Shown here: positions 1 through 12,100 of the stretch, piece by piece
How the letters are laid out: each line of letters begins with the position of its first letter
Numbering within the stretch: the stretch's first letter is position 1
Assembly (NCBI GenBank): GCA_964057225.1
Contig: OZ059899.1
Span: 62,001 to 126,000, forward strand
Direction of reading: 5' to 3'
DNA from: Auanema rhodensis
Lineage: Eukaryota > Animalia > Nematoda
DNA length: 64,000 bases
Made by a program: the position numbers and the translations under genes
Notes under the pieces: generated by a model
Told to the model about the DNA's origin: nothing
The model's database searches: none
What the model saw: the letters and a program-made list of their open reading frames with translations, nothing else

Positions 1-176
1 ATAAATTAAAGTTCATGTAAATTTCAAAGTCATGGTTACCATGCACCAATATCAATAAAAATTTGTTTTTAGACTAATATCGACATGGGGAATCTAATTT
101 TGAAAACCGCATCTCTTTATCTTTCACGTGAAGCGAGTTACATACCAAGTGCACATCACGTGTACATTTAATTAGC
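1..176 (+). repeat. Representative 176-bp monomer (differs from consensus by C16T and G81C)
   Basis: The sequence from 1 to 176 restarts at 177. The phase is arbitrary because the array continues beyond the window. Confidence 0.98.
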
Positions 177-3100
177 ATAAACTAAAGTTCACGTAAATTT
201 CAAAGGCATGGTTACCATGAACCAATATCAATAAAAATTTGTTTTTAGACTAATATGGACATGGGGAATCTAATTTTGAAAACCGCATCTCTTTATCTTT
301 CACGTGAAGCGAGTTACATACCAAGTGCACATCACGTGTACATTTAATTAGCATAAATTAAAGTTCACGTAAATTTCAAAGTCATGGTTACCATGAAGCA
401 ATATCAATAAAAATTTGTTTTTAGACTAATATGGACATGGGGAATCTAATTTTGAAAACCGCATCTCTTTATCTTTCACGTGAAGCGAGTTACATACCAA
501 GTGCACATCACGTGTACATTTAATTAGCATAAATTAAAGTTCACGTAAAATTCAAAGTCATGGTTACCATGCACCAATATCAATAAAAATTTGTTTTTAG
601 ACTAATATGGACATGGGGAATCTAATTTTGAAAACCGCATCTCTTTATCTTTTACGTGAAGCAAGTTACATACCAAGTGCACATCACGTGTACATTTAAT
701 TAGCATAAATTAAAGTTCACGTAAATTTCAAAGTCATGGTTACCATGCACCAATATCAATAAAAATTTGTTTTTAGACTAATATGGACATGGGGAATCTA
801 ATTTTGAAAACCGCATCTCTTTATCTTTTACGTGAAGCGAGTTACATACCAAGTGCACATCACGTGTACATTTAATTAGCATAAATTAAAGTTCACGTAA
901 AATTCAAAGTCATGGTTACCATGCACCAATATCAATAAAAATTTGTTTTTAGACTAATATGGACATGGGGAATCTAATTTTGAAAACCGCATCTCTTTAT
1001 CTTTTACGTGAAGCGAGTTACATACCAAGTGCACATCACGTGTACATTTAATTAGCATAAATTAAAGTTCACGTAAATTTCAAAGTCATGGTTACCATGA
1101 ACCAATATCAATAAAAATTTGTTTTTAGACTAATATGGACATGGGGAATCTGATTTTGAAAACCGCATCTCTTTATCTTTCACGTGAAGCGAGTTACATA
1201 CCAAGTGCACATCACGTGTACATTTAATTAGCATAAATTAAAGTTCACGTAAAATTCAAAGTCATGGTTACCATGCACCAATATCAATAAAAATTTGTTT
1301 TTAGACTAATATGGACATGGGGAATCTAATTTTGAAAACCGCATCTCTTTATCTTTTACGTGAAGCGAGTTACATACCAAGTGCACATCACGTGTACATT
1401 TTATTAGCATAAATTAAAGTTCACGTAAATTTCAAAGTCATGGTTACCATGAACCAATATCAATAAAAATTTGTTTTTAGACTAATATGGACATGGGGAA
1501 TCTAATTTTGAAAACCGCATCTCTTTATCTTTCACGTGAAGCGAGTTACATACCAAGTGCACATCACGTGTACATTTAATTAGCATAAATTAAAGTTCAC
1601 GTAAAATTCAAAGTCATGGTTACCATGCACCAATATCAATAAAAATTTGTTTTTAGACTAATATGGACATGGGGAATCTAATTTGGAAAACCGCATCTCT
1701 TTATCTTTTACGTGAAGCGAGTTACATACCAAGTGCACATCACGTGTACATTTAATTAGCATAAATTAAAGTTCACGTAAATTTCAAAGTCATGGTTACC
1801 ATGAACCAATATCAATAAAAATTTGTTTTTAGACTAATATGGACATGGGGAATCTAATTTTGAAAACCGCATCTCTTTATCTTTCACGTGAAGCGAGTTA
1901 CATACCAAGTGCACATCACGTGTACACTTAATTAGCATAAATTAAAGTTCACGTAAAATTCAAAGTCATGGTTACCATGCACCAATATCAATAAAAATTT
2001 GTTTTTAGACTAATATGGACATGGGGAATCTAATTTTGAAAACCGCATCTCTTTATCTTTTACGTGAAGCGAGTTACATACCAAGTGCACATCACGTGTA
2101 CATTTAATTAGCATAAATTAAAGTTCACGTAAATTTCAAAGTCATGGTTACCATGAACCAATATCAATAAAAATTTGTTTTTAGACTAATATGGACATGG
2201 GGAATCTAATTTTGAAAACCGCATCTCTTTATCTTTCACGTGAAGCGAGTTACATACCAAGTGCACATCACGTGTACATTTAATTAGCATAAATTAAAGT
2301 TCACGTAAATTTCAAAGTCATGGTTACCATGCACCAATATCAATAAAAATTTGTTTTTAGACTAATATGGACATGGGGAATCTAATTTTGAAAACCGCAT
2401 CTCTTTATCTTTTACGTGAAGCGAGTTACATACCAAGTGCACATCACGTGTACATTTTATTAGCATAAATTAAAGTTCACGTAAATTTCAAAGTCATGGT
2501 TACCATGAACCAATATCAATAAAAATTTGTTTTTAGACTAATATGGACATGGGGAATCTAATTTTGAAAACCGCATCTCTTTATCTTTCACGTGAAGCGA
2601 GTTACATACCAAGTGCACATCATGTGTACATTTAATTAGCATAAATTAAAGTTCACGTAAAATTCAAAGTCATGGTTACCATGCACCAATATCAATAAAA
2701 ATTTGTTTTTAGACTAATATGGACATGGGGAATCTAATTTTGAAAACCGCATCTCTTTATCTTTTACGTGAAGCGAGTTACATACCAAGTGCACATCACG
2801 TGTACACTTAATTAGCATAAATTAAAGTTCACGTAAAATTCAAAGTCATGGTTACCATGCACCAATATCAATAAAAATTTGTTTTTAGACTAATATGGAC
2901 ATGGGGAATCTAATTTTGAAAACCGCATCTCTTTATCTTTCACGTGAAGCGAGTTACATACCAAGTGCACATCACGTGTACATTTAATTAGCATAAATTA
3001 AAGTTCACGTAAATTTCAAAGTCATGGTTACCATGAACCAATATCAATAAAAATTTGTTTTTAGACTAATATGGACATGGGGAATCTAATTTTGAAAACC

Positions 3101-6100
3101 GCATTTCTTTATCTTTCACGTGAAGCGAGTTACATACCAAGTGCACATCACGTGTACATTTAATTAGCATAAATTAAAGTTCACGTAATTTTCAAAGTCA
3201 TGGTTACCATGCACCAATATCAATAAAAATTTGTTTTTAGACTAATATGGACATGGGGAATCTAATTTTGAAAACCGCATCTCTTTATCTTTCACGTGAA
3301 GCGAGTTACATACCAAGTGCACATCACGTGTACATTTAATTAGCATAAATTAAAGTTCATGTAAATTTCAAAGTCATGGTTACCATGCACCAATATCAAT
3401 AAAAATTTGTTTTTAGACTAATATCGACATGGGGAATCTAATTTTGAAAACCGCATCTCTTTATCTTTCACGTGAAGCGAGTTACATACCAAGTGCACAT
3501 CACGTGTACATTTAATTAGCATAAACTAAAGTTCACGTAAAATTCAAAGTCATGGTTACCATGCACCAATATCAATAAAAATTTGTTTTTAGACTAATAT
3601 GGACATGGGGAATCTAATTTTGAAAACCGCATCTCTTTATCTTTTACGTGAAGCGAGTTACATACCAAGTGCACATCACGTGTACATTTAATTAGCATAA
3701 ATTAAAGTTCACGTAAATTTCAAAGTCATGGTTACCATGAACCAATATCAATAAAAATTTGTTTTTAGACTAATATGGACATGGGAAATCTAATTTTGAA
3801 AACCGCATCTCTTTATCTTTCACGTGAAGCGAGTTACATACCAAGTGCACATCACGTGTACATTTAATTAGCATAAATTAAAGTTCACGTAAATTTCAAA
3901 GTCATGGTTACCATGCACCAATATCAATAAAAATTTGTTTTTAGACTAATATGGACATGGGGAATCTAATTTTGAAAACCGCATCTCTTTATCTTTCACG
4001 TGAAGCGAGTTACATACCAAGTGCACATCACGTGTACATTTAATTAGCATAAATTAAAGTTCACGTAAATTTCAAAGTCATGGTTACCATGCACCAATAT
4101 CAATAAAACTTTGTTTTCAGACTAATATGGACATGGGGAATCTAATTTTGAAAACCGCATCTCTTTATCTTTCACGTGAAGCGAGTTACATACCAAGTGC
4201 ACATCACGTGTACATTTAATTAGCATAAATTAAAGTTCATGTAAATTTCAAAGTCATGGTTACCATGCACCAATATCAATAAAAATTTGTTTTTAGACTA
4301 ATATCGACATGGGGAATCTAATTTTGAAAACCGCATCTCTTTATCTTTCACGTGAAGCGAGTTACATACCAAGTGCACATCACGTGTACATTTAATTAGC
4401 ATAAACTAAAGTTCACGTAAATTTCAAAGTCATGGTTACCATGAACCAATATCAATAAAAATTTGTTTTTAGACTAATATGGACATGGGGAATCTAATTT
4501 TGAAAACCGCATCTCTTTATCTTTCACGTGAAGCGAGTTACATACCAAGTGCACATCACGTGTACATTTAATTAGCATAAATTAAAGTTCACGTAAAATT
4601 CAAAGTCATGGTTACCATGCACCAATATCAATAAAAATTTGTTTTTAGACTAATATGGACATGGGGAATCTAATTTTGAAAACCGCATCTCTTTATCTTT
4701 CATGTGAAGCGAGTTACATACCAAGTGCACATCACGTGTACATTTAATTAGCATAAATTAAAGTTCACGTAAATTTCAAAGTCATGGTTACCATGAACCA
4801 ATATCAATAAAAATTTGTTTTTAGACTAATATGGACATGGGGAATCTAATTTTGAAAACCGCATCTCTTTATCTTTTACGTGAAGCGAGTTACATACCAA
4901 GTGCACATCACGTGTACATTTAATTAGCATAAATTAAAGTTCACGTAAATTTCAAAGTCATGGTTACCATGAACCAATATCAATAAAAATTTGTTTTTAG
5001 ACTAATATGGACATGGGAAATCTAATTTTAAAAACCGCATCTCTTTATCTTTCACGTGAAGCGAGTTACATACCAAGTGCACATCACGTGTACATTTAAT
5101 TAGCATAAATTAAAGTTCACGTAAAATTCAAAGTCATGGTTACCATGCACCAATATCAATAAAAATTTGTTTTTAGACTAATATGGACATGGGGAATCTA
5201 ATTTTGAAAACCGCATCTCTTTATCTTTCATGTGAAGCGAGTTACATACCAAGTGCACATCACGTGTACATTTAATTAGCATAAATTAAAGTTCACGTAA
5301 ATTTCAAAGTCATGGTTACCATGCACCAATATCAATAAAAATTTGTTTTTAGACTAATATGGACATGGGGAATCTAATTTTGAAAACCGCATCTCTTTAT
5401 CTTTCACGTGAAGCGAGTTACATACCAAGTGCACATCACGTGTACATTTAATTAGCATAAATTAAAGTTCACGTAAATTTCAAAGTCATGGTTACCATGA
5501 ACCAATATCAATAAAAATTTGTTTTTAGACTAATATGGACATGGGAAATCTAATTTTAAAAACCGCATCTCTTTATCTTTCACGTGAAGCGAATTACATA
5601 CCAAGTGCACATCACGTGTACATTTAATTAGCATAAATTAAAGTTCACGTAAAATTCAAAGTCATGGTTACCATGCACCAATATCAATAAAAATTTGTTT
5701 TTAGACTAATATGGACATGGGGAATCTAATTTTGAAAACCGCATCTCTTTATCTTTCATGTGAAGCGAGTTACATACCAAGTGCACATCACGTGTACATT
5801 TAATTAGCATAAATTAAAGTTCACTTAAATTTCAAAGTCATGGTTACCATGCACCAATATCAATAAAAATTTGTTTTCAGACTAATATGGACATGGGGAA
5901 TCTAATTTTGAAATCCACATCTCTTTATCTTTCACGTGAAGCGAGTTACATACCAAGTGCACATCACGTGTACATTTAATTAGCATAAATTAAAGTTCAC
6001 GTAAATTTCAAAGTCATGGTTACCATGCACCAATATCAATAAAAATTTGTTTTTAGACTAATATCGACATGGGGAATCTAATTTTGAAAACCGCATCTCT

Positions 6101-9100
6101 TTATCTTTCACGTGAAGCGAGTTACATACCAAGTGCACATCACGTGTACATTTAATTAGCATAAACTAAAGTTCACGTAAATTTCAAAGTCATGGTTACC
6201 ATGAACCAATATCAATAAAAATTTGTTTTTAGACTAATATGGACATGAGGAATCTAATTTTGAAAACCGCATCTCTTTATCTTTCACGTGAAGCGAGTTA
6301 CATACCAAGTGCACATCACGTGTACATTTAATTAGCATAAATTAAAGTTCACGTAAATTTCAAAGTCATGGTTACCATGCACCAATATCAATAAAAATTT
6401 GTTTTTAGACTAATATGGACATGGGGAATCTAATTTTGAAAACCGCATCTCTTTATCTTTCATGTGAAGCGAGTTACATACCAAGTGCACATCACGTGTA
6501 CATTTAATTAGCATAAATTAAAGTTCACGTAAATTTCAAAGTCATGGTTACCATGCACCAATATCAATAAAAATTTGTTTTCAGACTAATATGGACATGG
6601 GGAATCTAATTTTGAAAACCGCATCTCTTTATCTTTCACGTGAAGCGAGTTACATACCAAGTGCACATCACGTGTACATTTAATTAGCATAAATTAAAGT
6701 TCACGTAAATTTCAAAGTCATGGTTACCATGCACCAATATCAATTAAAATTTGTTTTTAGACTAATATCGACATGGGGAATCTAATTTTGAAAACCGCAT
6801 CTCTTTATCTTTCACGTGAAGCGAGTTACATACCAAGTGCACATCACGTGTACATTTAATTAGCATAAACTAAAGTTCACGTAAATTTCAAAGTCATGGT
6901 TACCATGAACCAATATCAATAAAAATTTGTTTTTAGACTAATATGGACATGGGGAATCTAATTTTGAAAACCGCATCTCTTTATCTTTCACGTGAAGCGA
7001 GTTACATACCAAGTGCACATCACGTGTACATTTAATTAGCATAAATTAAAGTTCACGTAAATTTCAAAGTCATGGTTACCATGAAGCAATATCAATAAAA
7101 ATTTGTTTTTAGACTAATATGGACATGGGGAATCTAATTTTGAAAACCGCATCTCTTTATCTTTCACGTGAAGCGAGTTACATACCAAGTGCACATCACG
7201 TGTACATTTAATTAGCATAAATTAAAGTTCACGTAAAATTCAAAGTCATGGTTACCATGCACCAATATCAATAAAAATTTGTTTTTAGACTAATATGGAC
7301 ATGGGGAATCTAATTTTGAAAACCGCATCTCTTTATCTTTTACGTGAAGCGAGTTACATACCAAGTGCACATCACGTGTACATTTAATTAGCATAAATTA
7401 AAGTTCACGTAAATTTCAAAGTCATGGTTACCATGCACCAATATCAATAAAAATTTGTTTTTAGACTAATATGGACATGGGGAATCTAATTTTGAAAACC
7501 GCATCTCTTTATCTTTTACGTGAAGCGAGTTACATACCAAGTGCACATCACGTGTACATTTAATTAGCTTAAATTAAAGTTCACGTAAAATTCAAAGTCA
7601 TGGTTACCATGCACCAATATCAATAAAAATTTGTTTTTAGACTAATATGGACATGGGGAATCTAATTTTGAAAACCGCATCTCTTTATCTTTTACGTGAA
7701 GCGAGTTACATACCAAGTGCACATCACGTGTACATTTAATTAGCATAAATTAAAGTTCACGTAAATTTCAAAGTCATGGTTACCATGAACCAATATCAAT
7801 AAAAATTTGTTTTTAGACTAATATGGACATGGGGAATCTGATTTTGAAAACCGCATCTCTTTATCTTTCAAGTGAAGCGAGTTACATACCAAGTGCACAT
7901 CACGTGTACATTTAATTAGCATAAATTAAAGTTCACGTAAAATTCAAAGTCATGGTTACCATGCACCAATATCAATAAAAATTTGTTTTTAGACTAATAT
8001 GGACATGGGGAATCTAATTTTGAAAACCGCATCTCTTTATCTTTTACGTGAAGCGAGTTACATACCAAGTGCACATCACGTGTACATTTTATTAGCATAA
8101 ATTAAAGTTCACGTAAATTTCAAAGTCATGGTTACCATGAACCAATATCAATAAAAATTTGTTTTTAGACTAATATGGACATGGGGAATCTAATTTTGAA
8201 AACCGCATCTCTTTATCTTTCATGTGAAGCGAGTTACATACCAAGTGCACATCACGTGTACATTTAATTAGCATAAATTAAAGTTCACGTAAATTTCAAA
8301 GTCATGGTTACCATGCACCAATATCAATAAAAATTTGTTTTTAGACTAATATGGACATGGGGAATCTAATTTTGAAAACCGCATCTCTTTATCTTTTACG
8401 TGAAGCGAGTTACATACCAAGTGCACATCACGTGTACATTTAATTAGCATAAATTGAAGTTCACGTAAAATTCAAAGTCATGGTTACCATGCACCAATAT
8501 CAATAAAAATTTGTTTTTAGACTAATATGGACATGGGGAATCTAATTTTGAAAACCGCATCTCTTTATCTTTCACGTGAAGCGAGTTACATACCAAGTGC
8601 ACATCACGTGTACATTTAATTAGCATAAATTAAAGTTCACGTAAATTTCAAAGTCATGGTTACCATGCACCAATATCAATAAAAATTTGTTTTTAGACTA
8701 ATATGGACATGGGGAATCTAATTTTGAAAACCGCATCTCTTTATCTTTCATGTGAAGCGAGTTACATACCAAGTGCACATCACGTGTACATTTAATTAGC
8801 ATAAATTAAAGTTCACGTAAATTTCAAAGTCATGGTTACCATGCACCAATATCAATAAAAATTTGTTTTCAGACTAATATGGACATGGGGAATCTAATTT
8901 TGAAAACCGCATCTCTTTATCTTTCACGTGAAGCGAGTTACATACCAAGTGCACATCACGTGTACATTTAATTAGCATAAATTAAAGTTCACGTAAATTT
9001 CAAAGTCATGGTTACCATGCACCAATATCAATTAAAATTTGTTTTTAGACTAATATCGACATGGGGAATCTAATTTTGAAAACCGCACCTCTTTATCTTT

Positions 9101-12100
9101 CACGTGAAGCGAGTTACATACCAAGTGCACATCACGTGTACATTTAATTAGCATAAACTAAAGTTCACGTAAATTTCAAAGTCATGGTTACCATGAACCA
9201 ATATCAATAAAAATTTGTTTTTAGACTAATATGGACATGGGGAATCTAATTTTGAAAACCGCATCTCTTTATCTTTCACGTGAAGCGAGTTACATACCAA
9301 GTGCACATCACGTGTACATTTAATTAGCATAAATTAAAGTTCACGTAAATTTCAAAGTCATGGTTACCATGAAGCAATATCAATAAAAATTTGTTTTTAG
9401 ACTAATATGGACATGGGGAATCTAATTTTGAAAACCGCATCTCTTTATCTTTCACGTGAAGCGAGTTACATACCAAGTGCACATCACGTGTACATTTAAT
9501 TAGCATAAATTAAAGTTCACGTAAAATTCAAAGTCATGGTTACCATGCACCAATATCAATAAAAATTTGTTTTTAGACTAATATGGACATGGGGAATCTA
9601 ATTTTGAAAACCGCATCTCTTTATCTTTTACGTGAAGCGAGTTACATACCAAGTGCACATCACGTGTACATTTAATTAGCATAAATTAAAGTTCACGTAA
9701 ATTTCAAAGTCATGGTTACCATGCACCAATATCAATAAAAATTTGTTTTTAGACTAATATGGACATGGGGAATCTAATTTTGAAAACCGCATCTCTTTAT
9801 CTTTTACGTGAAGCGAGTTACATACCAAGTGCACATCACGTGTACATTTAATTAGCATAAATTAAAGTTCACGTAAAATTCAAAGTCATGGTTACCATGC
9901 ACCAATATCAATAAAAATTTGTTTTTAGACTAATATGGACATGGGGAATCTAATTTTGAAAACCGCATCTCTTTATCTTTTACGTGAAGCGAGTTACATA
10001 CCAAGTGCACATCACGTGTACATTTTATTAGCATAAATTAAAGTTCACGTAAATTTCAAAGTCATGGTTACCATGAACCAATATCAATAAAAATTTGTTT
10101 TTAGACTAATATGGACATGGGGAATCTAATTTTGAAAACCGCATCTCTTTATCTTTCACGTGAAGCGAGTTACATACCAAGTGCACATCACGTGTACATT
10201 TAATTAGCATAAATTAAAGTTCACGTAAAATTCAAAGTCATGGTTACCATGCACCAATATCAATAAAAATTTGTTTTTAGACTAATATGGACATGGGGAA
10301 TCTAATTTTGAAAACCGCATCTCTTTATCTTTCATGTGAAGCGAGTTACATACCAAGTGCACATCACGTGTACATTTAATTAGCATAAATTAAAGTTCAC
10401 GTAAATTTCAAAGTCATGGTTACCATGCACCAATATCAATAAAAATTTGTTTTCAGACTAATATGGACATGGGGAATCTAATTTTGAAAACCGCATCTCT
10501 TTATCTTTCACGTGAAGCGAGTTACATACCAAGTGCACATCACGTGTACATTTAATTAGCATAAATTAAAGTTCACGTAAATTTCAAAGTCATGGTTACC
10601 ATGCACCAATATCAATAAAAATTTGTTTTTAGACTAATATGGACATGGGGAATCTAATTTTGAAAACCGCATCTCTTTATCTTTCACGTGAAGCGAGTTA
10701 CATACCAAGTGCACATCACGTGTACATTTAATTAGCATAAATTAAAGTTCACGTAAATTTCAAAGTCATGGTTACCATGAACCAATATCAATAAAAATTT
10801 GTTTTTAGACTAATATGGACATGGGGAATCTGATTTTGAAAACCGCATCTCTTCATCTTTCACGTGAAGCGAGTTACATACCAAGTGCACATCACGTGTA
10901 CATTTAATTAGCATAAACTAAAGTTCACGTAAATTTCAAAGTCATGGTTACCATGAACCAATATCAATAAAAATTTGTTTTCAGACTAATATGGACATGG
11001 GGAATCTAATTTTGAAAACCGCATCTCTTTATCTTTCACGTGAAGCGAGTTACATACCAAGTGCACATCACGTGTACATTTAATTAGCATAAATTAAAGT
11101 TCACGTAAATTTCAAAGTCATGGTTACCATGCACCAATATCAATTAAAATTTGTTTTTAGACTAATATCGACATGGGGAATCTAATTTTGAAAACCGCAT
11201 CTCTTTATCTTTCACGTGAAGCGAGTTACATACCAAGTGCACATCACGTGTACATTTAATTAGCATAAATTAAAGTTCACGTAAAATTCAAAGTCATGGT
11301 TACCATGCACCAATATCAATAAAAATTTGTTTTTAGACTAATATGGACATGGGGAATCTAATTTTGAAAACCGCATCTCTTTATCTTTTACGTGAAGCGA
11401 GTTACATACCAAGTGCACATCACGTGTACATTTAATTAGCATAAATTAAAGTTCACGTAAATTTCAAAGTCATGGTTACCATGCACCAATATCAATAAAA
11501 ATTTGTTTTTAGACTAATATGGACATGGGGAATCTAATTTTGAAAACCGCATCTCTTTATCTTTTACGTGAAGCGAGTTACATACCAAGTGCACATCACG
11601 TGTACATTTAATTAGCATAAATTAAAGTTCACGTAAAATTCAAAGTCATGGTTACCATGCACCAATATCAATAAAAATTTGTTTTTAGACTAATATGGAC
11701 ATGGGGAATCTAATTTTGAAAACCGCATCTCTTTATCTTTTACGTGAAGCGAGTTACATACCAAGTGCACATCACGTGTACATTTAATTAGCATAAATTA
11801 AAGTTCACGTAAAATTCAAAGTCATGGTTACCATGCACCAATATCAATAAAAATTTGTTTTTAGACTAATATGGACATGGGGAATCTGATTTTGAAAACC
11901 GCATCTCTTTATCTTTCAAGTGAAGCGAGTTACATACCAAGTGCACATCACGTGTACATTTAATTAGCATAAATTAAAGTTCACGTAAAATTCAAAGTCA
12001 TGGTTACCATGCACCAATATCAATAAAAATTTGTTTTTAGACTAATATGGACATGGGGAATCTAATTTTGAAAACCGCATCTCTTTATCTTTTACGTGAA

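Noticed and set aside
54-59. AATAAA polyadenylation-like signal in each monomer
   Set aside because: Expected by chance at 68% AT, with no transcript context.
155-162. Budding-yeast point centromere (CDEI match ATCACGTG)
   Set aside because: It is not followed by a >90% AT CDEII or a CDEIII (CCGAA) element, and point centromeres are not tandem arrays.
1-176. Identity with known 170-180 bp satellites (Brassica CentBr 176 bp, Arabidopsis CEN178, primate alpha satellite) or a CENP-B box
   Set aside because: Only the length is similar. There is no HindIII site (AAGCTT), no similarity that I recognise, and no TTCG....A..CGGG motif on either strand.
1-176. 5S rRNA, tRNA, snRNA or spliced-leader tandem gene unit
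   Set aside because: No recognisable RNA gene sequence, cloverleaf or internal A/B/C promoter boxes, and the unit is very AT-rich.
255-347. 30-codon ORF in most monomers (p79-171, MDMGNLILKTASLYLSREASYIPSAHHVYI*) and an 8-codon ORF at p32-58
   Set aside because: Both are short enough to arise by chance, I recognise no homology, 176 is not a multiple of 3, and variants hit the start and stop codons freely.
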